Program-made: the position numbers and the translations under genes
The notes under the pieces: model-generated
What the model saw: only the letters and a program-made list of their open reading frames with translations
Told to the model about the DNA's origin: nothing
Databases searched by the model: none
Shown here: piece by piece, positions 38,388-48,200 of the stretch
Layout of the letters: each line of letters opens with the position of its first letter
Numbering within the stretch: the first letter of the stretch is position 1
Assembly: GCA_965222605.1 (NCBI GenBank)
Contig: OZ244960.1
Span: 4,544,001 to 4,608,000 of the forward strand
Length of the DNA stretch: 64,000 nucleotides
DNA from: Candidatus Latescibacterota bacterium
Lineage (GTDB): Bacteria > Latescibacterota > UBA2968
Direction: 5' to 3'

Positions 38388-38422
38388 TCGTTACACTGCG
38401 TCTTGCGTAGATGAGGAACGAA

Positions 38423-40516
38423 ATGCGATTTTTTTGTACGGTACAAAAGCTGATTTTGATTTCTGCACTCCTGTCCATCCCACTTCTGATTTATCCCTCA
38501 TCTCTGACCCTGCGGGCCAACGCCGCGCTACAACCAACCCTGAAATCTGACTTTGATGCAGATGGTAGCGTTGGATTTTCCGACTTTTTGCTATTTGTAG
38601 AATTGTTTGAGGCCAATCGAGGTGATGAGCTATATCAAGCCAGGTACGATCTGGATGATGACGGCACCATTGGGTTTGGCGATTTTTTGATCTTTGTCAA
38701 CGACTTTGGCAAAGTAATATCACCTCGTCCTTATTATCAGACGATGAACCTACCCGATGGCGCAATCGCCCGCTTGGGAAAAGGAGATATTTCTTATTCT
38801 GAAGTCGCGTTCTCGCCCAATGGAGAACAGTTAGCTGTGGCAAGTAACATTGGCATTTGGCTTTACGATGTGGCAACCACCTGTGAAGTCGCGCTACTCA
38901 CTGAACATGAATATACGCCTTGGATCGAGGCTGTCGTATTCTCGCCTGATGGGGCTACGATCGCTTCTACGGAATACCACACAGTCAAACTGCGGGATGC
39001 CAAAACAGGACGACTAACTGCCACGCTTGGACATAACCGTGGTGTATTCACTGTCGCATTCTCGCCTGATGGGGCGACAGTCGCTTCGGCTGGATACGCC
39101 CCGGTTACGCTCTGGGATGCCAAAACAGGACACATGATTGCCACACTTGAAGGACCTGATTCTATCGTCCTCTCTGTTGCGTTCTCACCTGATGGCACCA
39201 CGATCGCTTCGGGGGGACACGACAACACAGTCAGGCTGTGGGATACCAAAACAGGACGCCTGATCTCTACACTCGAAAGACATTGGGATGACGTTACCTC
39301 TGTTGCGTTCTCACCTGATGGCACAACACTCGCCTCGGCGTCACGAGACGACACAGTCAAACTGTGGGATACCAAAACAGGACGCCTGAAGGCTACACTT
39401 GAAGGACATACGTCTGCCGTCCACTCAGTCGCATTCTCACCCGATGGTACCACAATCGCTTCTGGGGCACAAGATTACACAGTCAGGCTGTGGGATGCCG
39501 AAACAGGACGCCTGACCGCCACACTTCAAGGGCATACAGATGGCGTTCACTCTGTCGCATTTTTACCCGATGGCACGATACTCGCCTCGTTGTCACTAGA
39601 CGGCACAGTCAAACTGTGGGATACCAAAACAGGACGCCTGATCTCTACACTCGAAGGACATACGTCTACCGTCCACTCAGTCGCATTCTCACCTGATGGG
39701 ACCACGATCATTTCAGGGTCAGGAGCATCTGATGACATAGCCAGTATTTGGGATGCCGAAACAGGACACCTGAAGGCTACACTTGAAGGACATACGTCCT
39801 GGATCACTTCTGTCGCGTTCTCACCCGATGGTACCACAATCGCTTCTGGAGCACAAGATTACACAGTCAGGCTGTGGGATGCCGAAACAGGACGACTGAC
39901 CGCCACACTTCAAGGGCATACGGGTAGAGTTACCTCTGTGGCATTCTCACCCGATGGTACCACGATCGTTTCGGGGGCAATAGATGGCACTGTTAGACTG
40001 TGGGATGTCGAAACAGGACGACTGACTACCACCCTCGAACATATAGATTGGCTCAACTCTGTGGCATTCTCACCCGATGGCACTACACTCGCTACGGGGG
40101 TAGGTGATGGCACTGTTAGACTGTGGGATGTCGAAACAGGACGACTGACTACCACCCTCGAACATATAGATTGGCTCAACTCTGTTGCGTTCTCACCCGA
40201 TGGTACCACGATCGCTGCAGCGGGAGGGTGGTCTGTTAGTCTCTGGGATGTCGAAACGGGACGCCTGAATGCCACACTCGAACATATACGGGACATTGGC
40301 AACCTCGTCTATGTTGCGTTCTCGCCTGACGGCAAGACTATTGCTTCGGTGGGACAAAAAACGATCAATCTTTGGAATACCGACACAGGACACCTGATCT
40401 CCACATTTGAAGGGCATACATCTAATATCACTTCTGCGTCATTTTCGCCCGATGGGACAATAATCGCGTCAAGTTCATGGGATGGCACGATTCTCCTGTG
40501 GGCATTGCTTAAGTGA
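38423..40516 (+). CDS. Secreted WD40 beta-propeller protein with N-terminal dockerin-like EF-hand pair
   Basis: Signal peptide; DFDADGSVGFSDF...DLDDDGTIGFGDF; about 14 GH...VAFSPDG...WD repeats. Alternative start 38411. Confidence 0.9.
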   Translation: MRFFCTVQKLILISALLSIPLLIYPSSLTLRANAALQPTLKSDFDADGSVGFSDFLLFVELFEANRGDELYQARYDLDDDGTIGFGDFLIFVNDFGKVISPRPYYQTMNLPDGAIARLGKGDISYSEVAFSPNGEQLAVASNIGIWLYDVATTCEVALLTEHEYTPWIEAVVFSPDGATIASTEYHTVKLRDAKTGRLTATLGHNRGVFTVAFSPDGATVASAGYAPVTLWDAKTGHMIATLEGPDSIVLSVAFSPDGTTIASGGHDNTVRLWDTKTGRLISTLERHWDDVTSVAFSPDGTTLASASRDDTVKLWDTKTGRLKATLEGHTSAVHSVAFSPDGTTIASGAQDYTVRLWDAETGRLTATLQGHTDGVHSVAFLPDGTILASLSLDGTVKLWDTKTGRLISTLEGHTSTVHSVAFSPDGTTIISGSGASDDIASIWDAETGHLKATLEGHTSWITSVAFSPDGTTIASGAQDYTVRLWDAETGRLTATLQGHTGRVTSVAFSPDGTTIVSGAIDGTVRLWDVETGRLTTTLEHIDWLNSVAFSPDGTTLATGVGDGTVRLWDVETGRLTTTLEHIDWLNSVAFSPDGTTIAAAGGWSVSLWDVETGRLNATLEHIRDIGNLVYVAFSPDGKTIASVGQKTINLWNTDTGHLISTFEGHTSNITSASFSPDGTIIASSSWDGTILLWALLK

Positions 40517-40641
40517 CATAGTACAAATATTCTTCGATTCAGATGCCGGCAAAAAAGACCAGGAGATTAGGGAATTACTCCACAAGACATCGGTGATATC
40601 CTGCCCTTGTCAGGGGGCAAGACGAAACGCGAGGTGATGTC

Positions 40642-41194
40642 ATGAGAATAGAATGCAAGATACTCAGGGTAAGCGCGTGCTTTTTTGCGTTGCTCTGTCT
40701 CTCATCTGCTGGATATGTCGCAGTATGTCACACCTGTGGTCTATATGCCCGATGCTAACCTTCGAGTAGTTATTCGAGATGTGCTGGGCAAGTCGCCTTT
40801 TGCACCTATTACTACGACGGATATGGCGAGTTTGACTGCTCTGGATGCGAGCAATCGCAATATCCGCGATTTGGACGGGCTTGAGTTTGCAACCAATCTG
40901 ACCGAGTTGAATCTTGTGGATAATCGGTTGAGTTCGTTGTCTATCAACACGCATATTCCAGCGCTTCAGGACAGAGGTGTTGAGGTCTTGTTTGACAAGA
41001 CGCCAACACCCGATTTCGATGGTGATGGTGTTGTTGGCTTTGCCGATTTTTTGCTTTTTGTGGCGCAGTTCGGGTTCAGTGAGGACGATGAGGGTTATGA
41101 CGTGTGGTTTGATCTGGATGGCGATGGCACAATTGGATTCGGGGATTTTCTGATTTTTGCCAATGCCTTTGGCAAAGCCGTATCGTCAAATTGA
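40642..41194 (+). pseudogene. Internally deleted WD40/LRR/dockerin-like paralog
   Basis: Signal peptide homologous to 45202-45277 is fused out of frame at GGATATG (40711-40717) to the LRR and dockerin-like tail homologous to 49272-50046. Confidence 0.8.
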
Positions 41195-41229
41195 TGGTAT
41201 CGAAAGCATCTTAAAAGATAAAGTGCCAA

Positions 41230-41266
41230 AAAAGGGCTTCGCGCCGCGCTCACGTTTAATTTTTAA
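41230..41266 (+). pseudogene. Orphan C-terminal tail (KGLRAALTFNF*) of a modular exported protein
   Basis: 37 bp nearly identical to 60064-60100. Confidence 0.75.
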
Positions 41267-41280
41267 TTGAGGTTGGTAAA

Positions 41281-41351
41281 AAAAAGCGACTCTAACGGTC
41301 GTCCAAAATAATGCCTCAGTGTCTCGCACTTTACACACGCTGTTTGGCGGG
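41281..41351. repeat. Conserved ~70-bp non-coding element (copy 1)
   Basis: Matches 54340-54411; shared core TCTCGCACTTTACACACGCT. Confidence 0.75.
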
Positions 41352-41417
41352 CCGTGCGGGTACGCCCATCAACATGCCTCATTTAAGACTATTTCCACTA
41401 AAAAATAGGAGAACCCC

Positions 41418-42629
41418 ATGTATATGCACACTAAATATGGTTCGTGCAGAACAAAATGTCATTCAAGCCAATTAGGCGTTTGTCCCCCTCTGCACAATGT
41501 CATTAAAACCATCGCCATCTTCGTAACCGCAGCCCTCTTGCTCAACGCGATGGCTCCCACACTCGCGCACGCAGCTACATATCTGCAAGGCACAGAGGTC
41601 AATGCCAATACGCTGATTCGAGATGCGTATGTGCAAGTCACTTATCGCGATAACAGAGGTCAGGAAAAAACGGAGAAGGGGTGGATTGACGCGATTGGCG
41701 AAACCTCGTTCACCATTCGAAGTGGAGGTCTCAAGAGCGAGAAAGCCATTGCCTACGCCAACGTCGTGTCCGTGATCATGAGCGATGAATCAACTGTGCC
41801 AGCGAAGCAGATGAATGAGGTGAATCGATTTATTAGAGAAAACATTAGCGTGCAAGAGGCAGGTCAGATTCGCGCTCAAGTGCTCAAAGGCAGTGGCATA
41901 GATGGCGGTAAAGTTAAGATCGGTACTTTTGTTGAGGTGATTTATGGAAAAGGAGATTGGGATTCCATATCGGGAACGTGGGAGACACGCGCAGTTGCAA
42001 GAGGCTATATCAAGGGCATTGATGCCGAAACCTTGATCGTTGGTGAACGGTTTAGGAAGAAGGAAATCGCATTAGACCGCGTTCAAAAACTGAAACCTAT
42101 CAAAAACCTAAGACAATCACCACTTGAGATCGGCGCAGAAATTCTATCTGTGCGATATGCGATCGATTATTCCGATGATTCCGAGGCACTCGGTGCCTTA
42201 GCCGGGGATACTGGCACACTCATTGGTATGGGAGGAGGCTTGTACGGGAGACTATTGCCGTTAATCTATGTATCTGGCTTTTCTTTTTCAAGATTGGCTT
42301 TTGACCTGGGTGGGGGGCTTACCTCTGCCTACTGGGATGGCGGGAATTTTACCTCTTGGGGAGCACAGGGTGGGGTCGCTTATTTTTTGAGCAAGAAAAC
42401 ATCGAACGCTGTTTATATCAGGTCTTTCGCGACAATATTGACCCGTTCCACAGTTGGTGCGGGAATAGGTATTGGGTATCGCCGCGTTTTCCAGAACAAG
42501 ATGGCGATCAGGATTGAGCCATCATATATGCGATGGTTTTTTAATGGACAAAGACGGAGTAATCTCATGCTCCATCTGAAATATGGCGTCATTTTGGGTG
42601 GAAAGTCTCCGTCCTCAAACTCGAAATGA
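41418..42629 (+). CDS. Modular exported protein: module A + module B + small beta-barrel-like C-terminus
   Basis: AALLLNAMAPTLAHAATYLQG shared with 43653 and 58973; FVEVIYGKG...GYIKGIDAETLIVGERF shared with 60153 and 62390. Confidence 0.8.
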   Translation: MYMHTKYGSCRTKCHSSQLGVCPPLHNVIKTIAIFVTAALLLNAMAPTLAHAATYLQGTEVNANTLIRDAYVQVTYRDNRGQEKTEKGWIDAIGETSFTIRSGGLKSEKAIAYANVVSVIMSDESTVPAKQMNEVNRFIRENISVQEAGQIRAQVLKGSGIDGGKVKIGTFVEVIYGKGDWDSISGTWETRAVARGYIKGIDAETLIVGERFRKKEIALDRVQKLKPIKNLRQSPLEIGAEILSVRYAIDYSDDSEALGALAGDTGTLIGMGGGLYGRLLPLIYVSGFSFSRLAFDLGGGLTSAYWDGGNFTSWGAQGGVAYFLSKKTSNAVYIRSFATILTRSTVGAGIGIGYRRVFQNKMAIRIEPSYMRWFFNGQRRSNLMLHLKYGVILGGKSPSSNSK

Positions 42630-42707
42630 TCTCGCAGGTCTGAGGGATTTTGTATTAATAGGGGTCTATGTCCTGAGTTTGTGACAAAGACCAATCACGA
42701 AAGGTAA

Positions 42708-43619
42708 ATGATTATGAGACAATATATTCTGATCGGGCTAAGCACATTGTGTACCTGGCTCATAGCAGGTGAAGGATTTGCCCAGAGGCATGCTCGCACC
42801 ACTGCTTTGGGTGAGGTTGGTGTGGGATTGATTGGGAGTGGGCAGGCCATTCTGTACAATCCAGCAGGACTGGCTTTTATGGAACGCAGAGAAGCCTATT
42901 TTACCTACATAGACTGGCCATCGGACACGGAGGAACACAACGTGGGGATTTCTGCAAATGTGCTTGGGCAAAGGGCATTTGGCCTTTATGCCGAGCGCGA
43001 TAACTATAGCGAGGATTATGCCATTTTCGGAGGCTATGGACAAAAAATAACGGACAGAATTGCGGTGGGAACGACGTTTAAGCTGATTCATAACAACTAT
43101 CAGATTTATTCTCCAGAACTTAGACAGTTTATTTCACAAACACAAAATAAGGTTGCCTTTGATTTGGGTACGTATGTTATCGGGTTCCGGAATATGGTGA
43201 TGTCAGTAGGTCTGGAAAATGTGAGTTCAGATAGCCTGCTTCAAAAGGATGCGCGGCTGGGGTTGCTCATCGATATGTTCGCCTTGATAAATGCCGGGCC
43301 TTTGCCACACCAACTGGACGTTATGTTAGACATGGAGATACCGATCAATTTTGACAGGGACACAATACTGAGTGCAGCTATCGAATATGGGTACACGCAC
43401 TACGGTGCAAATGGTTCTGTTGGATTCTCGTTGCGTTTAGGTGGATTCTCGCGGGACTTTGGAGATCAAGATTATATCTTTAGGGGGTCGGCTAAATGGG
43501 GAGGTGGGTTGCATTTCCTGACCCAAAAGGGCATGGGTGTAAAGATAGATTACACGCCCTATTTTTTCCCAAGCCAATACGAAAATGGACATATCATCAG
43601 TATTGCTTTTATGTTCTAA
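42708..43619 (+). CDS. PorV/PorQ-like (UPF0164) outer-membrane barrel
   Basis: Signal peptide; ARTTALGEVGVGL...AILYNPAGLAF; AFDLG; terminal Phe. Confidence 0.75.
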   Translation: MIMRQYILIGLSTLCTWLIAGEGFAQRHARTTALGEVGVGLIGSGQAILYNPAGLAFMERREAYFTYIDWPSDTEEHNVGISANVLGQRAFGLYAERDNYSEDYAIFGGYGQKITDRIAVGTTFKLIHNNYQIYSPELRQFISQTQNKVAFDLGTYVIGFRNMVMSVGLENVSSDSLLQKDARLGLLIDMFALINAGPLPHQLDVMLDMEIPINFDRDTILSAAIEYGYTHYGANGSVGFSLRLGGFSRDFGDQDYIFRGSAKWGGGLHFLTQKGMGVKIDYTPYFFPSQYENGHIISIAFMF

Positions 43620-43652
43620 AGTCAAATTCTCTGTCGCTTTAAGGAGACATTC

Positions 43653-45157
43653 ATGAAAAAATTAACCTCTGTCTGTATAACTGCAGCTCTCCAGCTCAAC
43701 GCGATGGCTCCGACGCTTGCACACGCAGCTATATATCTGCAAGGTGCAGAGATCAATGCCAATACACTGACGCAAGATGCTTATGTTGCAGTCACATATT
43801 ACGATAGCAATGGAGAACAGAAATTGGTAAAGGGATGGATTGATGAGGTTGGTGAAACCACGTTCACCATTCGTAGTGGAGCACTTTTTGGAAAGAAGAC
43901 CATTGCTTATGAAAATGTCCTGTCGGTGATTATGAGCGACGAATCAACTGAGTCAGCGAAGCAGATGAATGAGGTAAATCGGTTTATTCGGAATGTGAAA
44001 GCAAGAGAAATAGAGCGGGCTAAAAAAGAATCAAAGGCAGAAGATCACGTTATACAATGGCTCGATCCGATCAACACGAAGGCTCCCGCTAATAATGGCG
44101 GTGCTAATACGAATGGCAATGTTGCTTATGAGGTGATTGCTGGCGTTAAAAAGTATGTGGGGGAGGATGCGTGGCGAGTGATTGTCGCTAAAGTCGCTAT
44201 GTCGAAGTGACGTACCGCGGGGCGAATGGCAAGACCGAGACAGCGGAGGGGTATGTGCGAGCGATAGATGAAACCGAGTTGACGATTTATCAGGGCGGTT
44301 TACGCAAACGCATCGCACGAGAAAGGATTGAGGTGCTGATGGTCTGTGATCATTCACGCCAACTTCAGGAGATCAAGCGTCTCTTTGCCAGGCAGCAGCA
44401 ATTGTCTGAGTCAAAACCATCCGTTCTTCCCTCAGCGGTGATTGGCGAGGTTGATCAGTACGTTGGGGAAAATGCGCGAAAGGTAGTCGTTGCTAAAGGT
44501 CGCTATGTGGGTTTGACCTACCTCAGAGATGATGGCAAGATTGAGAAAGCAGAGGGGTTTGTCCGCGCGATGAATGAGACTGAACTAACGATTCAACACA
44601 CTTCTCGCGTTGGGAGGAGGATAATTTCTCGGGAGAAGATCACTGTCTTGATGGTCTGCGATTATCCAAGCCAACTTCAGCGTGCCCCCTTTTTTAAAAA
44701 AAAGCCTCCTGGCGTTGGTACCAGGTTGTTAGGTGGTTTGGTAGGTGGACCTATAGGAGTAGTTATGTCGATATCTGCAATGATGCCATTTCTTCCAGAA
44801 GATTATTGTCTTATTGAGATATCGGATGAGGATATGAAGTGCGGAGACTATGAACACTTGGATACTGTCGTATGGTCAGGCATTCTTGTCAGCTATATAA
44901 GTGGCACTATTATCGGCCTGAATCCATACGATTCACTCGGATCTACACTGGTGGGTAGCCTTGTTGGCGGCGGCGTAGGCATCGCCATGACATCTGCCTC
45001 AGAGACGCTCTGGTCTTCCCTGTTTGTCTGCCCAATCGCTGGGGCTTACATTGCATCTAAAATATTACGCAAATCGTCTGAGCCACGCCGGTTCTCAGTC
45101 GGTCTCGCACCTGACCGCGATGGAAATCTGTCCGCGGTTGCCACGTTGCGGTTTTAA
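43653..45157 (+). pseudogene. Modular exported protein (A + D + D + Gly-rich segment + ATLRF tail) split by a 1-bp deletion
   Basis: AAAGTCGCTATG at ~44190 versus AAAGGTCGCTATG in paralogous modules (~44495, ~53464). Restoring one G fuses ORFs 43653-44210 and 44207-45157. Confidence 0.8.
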
Positions 45158-45201
45158 GTGGTTCAGCAAAATCTCGACTCAAATACAGATGAGGTGATTT
45201 C

Positions 45202-48200
45202 ATGAGAATATACTGCAAGACACTCAGGTTGAGCGCGTGCTTGTTTGCTTTGCTCTGTCTATCGTCTGCTGGATATGCTTCGCCACCATCGACTGATGTG
45301 CATTTCTGTCTGCCGCTCGACCTGAGAGAGCCAGATAGTCTGTATGTTGCCACGAAGCACGCGCTTAATCTGAACGTTGGCGAACCACGCACGGTGCGGA
45401 TGATCTACTTTTTGCCGAATAACCGTCCATTTCGCCAGGAGGTAGTGGATTCGATGAAAGTGACAATTCGCCAGGTTCAGACCTTCTTTGCCGAGCAGAT
45501 GCAGGCGCATGGGTATGAAAAAAACCCCTTCCGCTTTGAGACCGGTGCCCAGGGCGAACCACTGGTGCATCGCATGGAGGGTCAACACCCCAATAGCCAC
45601 TATTTTGATGAGACATTTAAGACTGTGTTCGAAGAGATTGAACAAGCGTTTGATGTGAGAGAGAACATTTACTTCATCGTCATTGATAACGGTACAAATT
45701 CAATTGGTAGTATTGGTCAGAGTGCGAGAGGTGCCGGAAGTCGTATGGGAAAAAATGGTGGCATTGCTTTGTTTCCCGGCGAATTTATCTGGCATGTGGT
45801 AGCACATGAGCTTGGCCATGCTTTTGGATTGCAGCACGATTTCCGCGACAATGCGTACATCATGTCGTATGGTGCAGGACGAAATCGGTTATCTATGTGC
45901 CACGCCGAATTTTTGGCTGTGCATCCGTATTTCAATCCCGATGCCTCAATTGAAGAGGCGCAGTTGCCAAATATAGAACTCATTTCATCACGGGTATATT
46001 CCGCAGGCTCAAAGAGCGTTTCTGTTCAACTTAAAGTCAGCGATTTAGAAGGACTCCATCAAGTACTCTTATTCGTTAGAACGGGAAAACCACACATTGC
46101 CGCTGGATTTCGTGAAGTGAAGACATGTCGTGGCTTGGTAGGTGAAAAAGATACCGTCATTGAATTTGAGTATGACGGCGTCATTCCATCTGTTACGGGA
46201 CCGAGTCTTTCCAATCCTACCATTCATCCAATTTATATCGAAGCAGTTGATACTGATGGAAATGTGGGTAGCGTGTATTTTGAACTGTGGGAAACCCCGC
46301 CAAACTATATCACCACCCTTGAGGGACATACGAGAGCGGTCCGTTCTGTGGTGTTTTCGCCTGACGGTACAATCCTTGCTTCAGGGTCACAGGATAGCAC
46401 AATCAAGCTGTGGGACGTTGAGACAAAAACAAATATTGCTACTCTTTCGGGGCATAACAATGAGGTTAACACTGTATCATTTTCGCCAGATGGTACAATC
46501 CTCGCTTCAGGCTCACAAGATAGAACGATCAGACTATGGGATGTTGCGACGCGAACAGAAATAGCCACCATTGAAGATAGGGATAGGGGCACAATTATTT
46601 CTGTGTCGTTTTCACCCAATGGGACAATGCTCGCTTCTGGGGCTTCTGGTGGAACGGTCAAGCTATGGGATGTTGCGACAGGTACAAGTATCGCCACGCT
46701 TGAGGGACATGAGGATTGGGTTAGTGCTGTGTCGTTTTCACCTGACGGGACAATGCTCGCTTCAGGCTCAGGGGATAGAACAATCAGACTATGGGATGTT
46801 GCGACGCGCACAGAGATAGCCACCATTGAAGGTAAGGATAGAATTCTTTCTGTGTCGTTTTCACCCGATGGGACAATGCTCGCTTCAGGAGCTTTCGATT
46901 ATACGGTTAAATTATGGGACGTTTCGACAAAAGAGAATATTACTACCCTTGAGGGACATACGTTTTTTGTCAATTCTGTTGTATTCTACTCTGATGGGAC
47001 AATACTTGCTTCTGGATCAGAAGATAAAACGGTCAAGCTGTGGGATGTTGCGACGGGCACAAATATCACCACCTTTTCAGGGTATGAGGGTGGTGTCGAA
47101 TCTGTGGCATTTTCGCCAGATGGTACAATCCTCGCTTCCAGTTCATGGGATCATACGGTCAGATTATGGGATATTTCTGAGTGGCAGCTTCCCCGTCCTG
47201 CAATGCTTGTGAAGATTTCAGGCGATAACCAGCGGGGCACGCCGGATTCAGAGTTGGCGAATCCTCTAATTGTTGAGGTGAGAGATCAGTATGGTGCTGT
47301 GTTTGAAGGTGCTACGGTCACGTTTACTGTCACGGAAGGAGACGGTAAGCTCAGTGGGCGGTTCACGGTTGAGAAGGCAATAACCGATGCCAATGGTAGG
47401 GCACAGAGTACGCTGATGCTTGGAGACAATCCGGAGACAAATACTGTTGAAGTATCAGTCGCTGGGGCTAAGGAGATCTTTAATGCCATGGGTGTTGGAA
47501 CATCTACCACATCAATCCCTGACGGTAGTTATCAAACGGGGAGTTTGCCCGACGGTGCGATGTTTCGTCTGGGAAAAGGACGCATTCGGGGAACCGACAG
47601 GGCTGTGGCATATTCGCCGGATGGTCGAAGTCTGGCTGTGGCGAGTAGCATTGGTATCTATCTTTACGATGTGGCGACATATCGTGAACGCGCGCTATTC
47701 ATCGGGCATACGGATTGGATTGATTGTGTGGTGTTTTCACCCGATGGGACAATGTTGGCTTCTGGGGCTGCTGATAGAACGGTTAAACTGTGGGATGTTG
47801 CAACAGGAACAAATATCTCTACCTTTGAAGGACATACAGAGTGGCTGGAATCTGTGTCATTTTCACCCGATGGGACAATGCTGGCTTCTGGGGCTCGGGA
47901 TAATACGATCAAGCTATGGGATGTTGAGACCAGAGAAAATATCGCCACTCTTGAAGGACATACGGATAAGGTCTATTCTGTATCATTTTCGCCCGATGGG
48001 ACAATGCTGGCTTCTGGGTCAGAAGATGACACGATCAAGCTATGGGATGTTGAGACCAGAGAAAATATCGCCACGTTTGAGACGCATACATATAGAGTCT
48101 GGTCTGTGGCGTTTTCGCCCGATGGCACAATACTGGCTGCAGGATCATGGGATGAGGTCAAGCTGTGGGATGTTGCAACCGGGACAAATATCGCTACGTT

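Noticed and set aside
40600-40635. GGCAA...GAAA motif suggestive of a c-di-GMP riboswitch
   Set aside because: The required stems and second hairpin consensus are not present.
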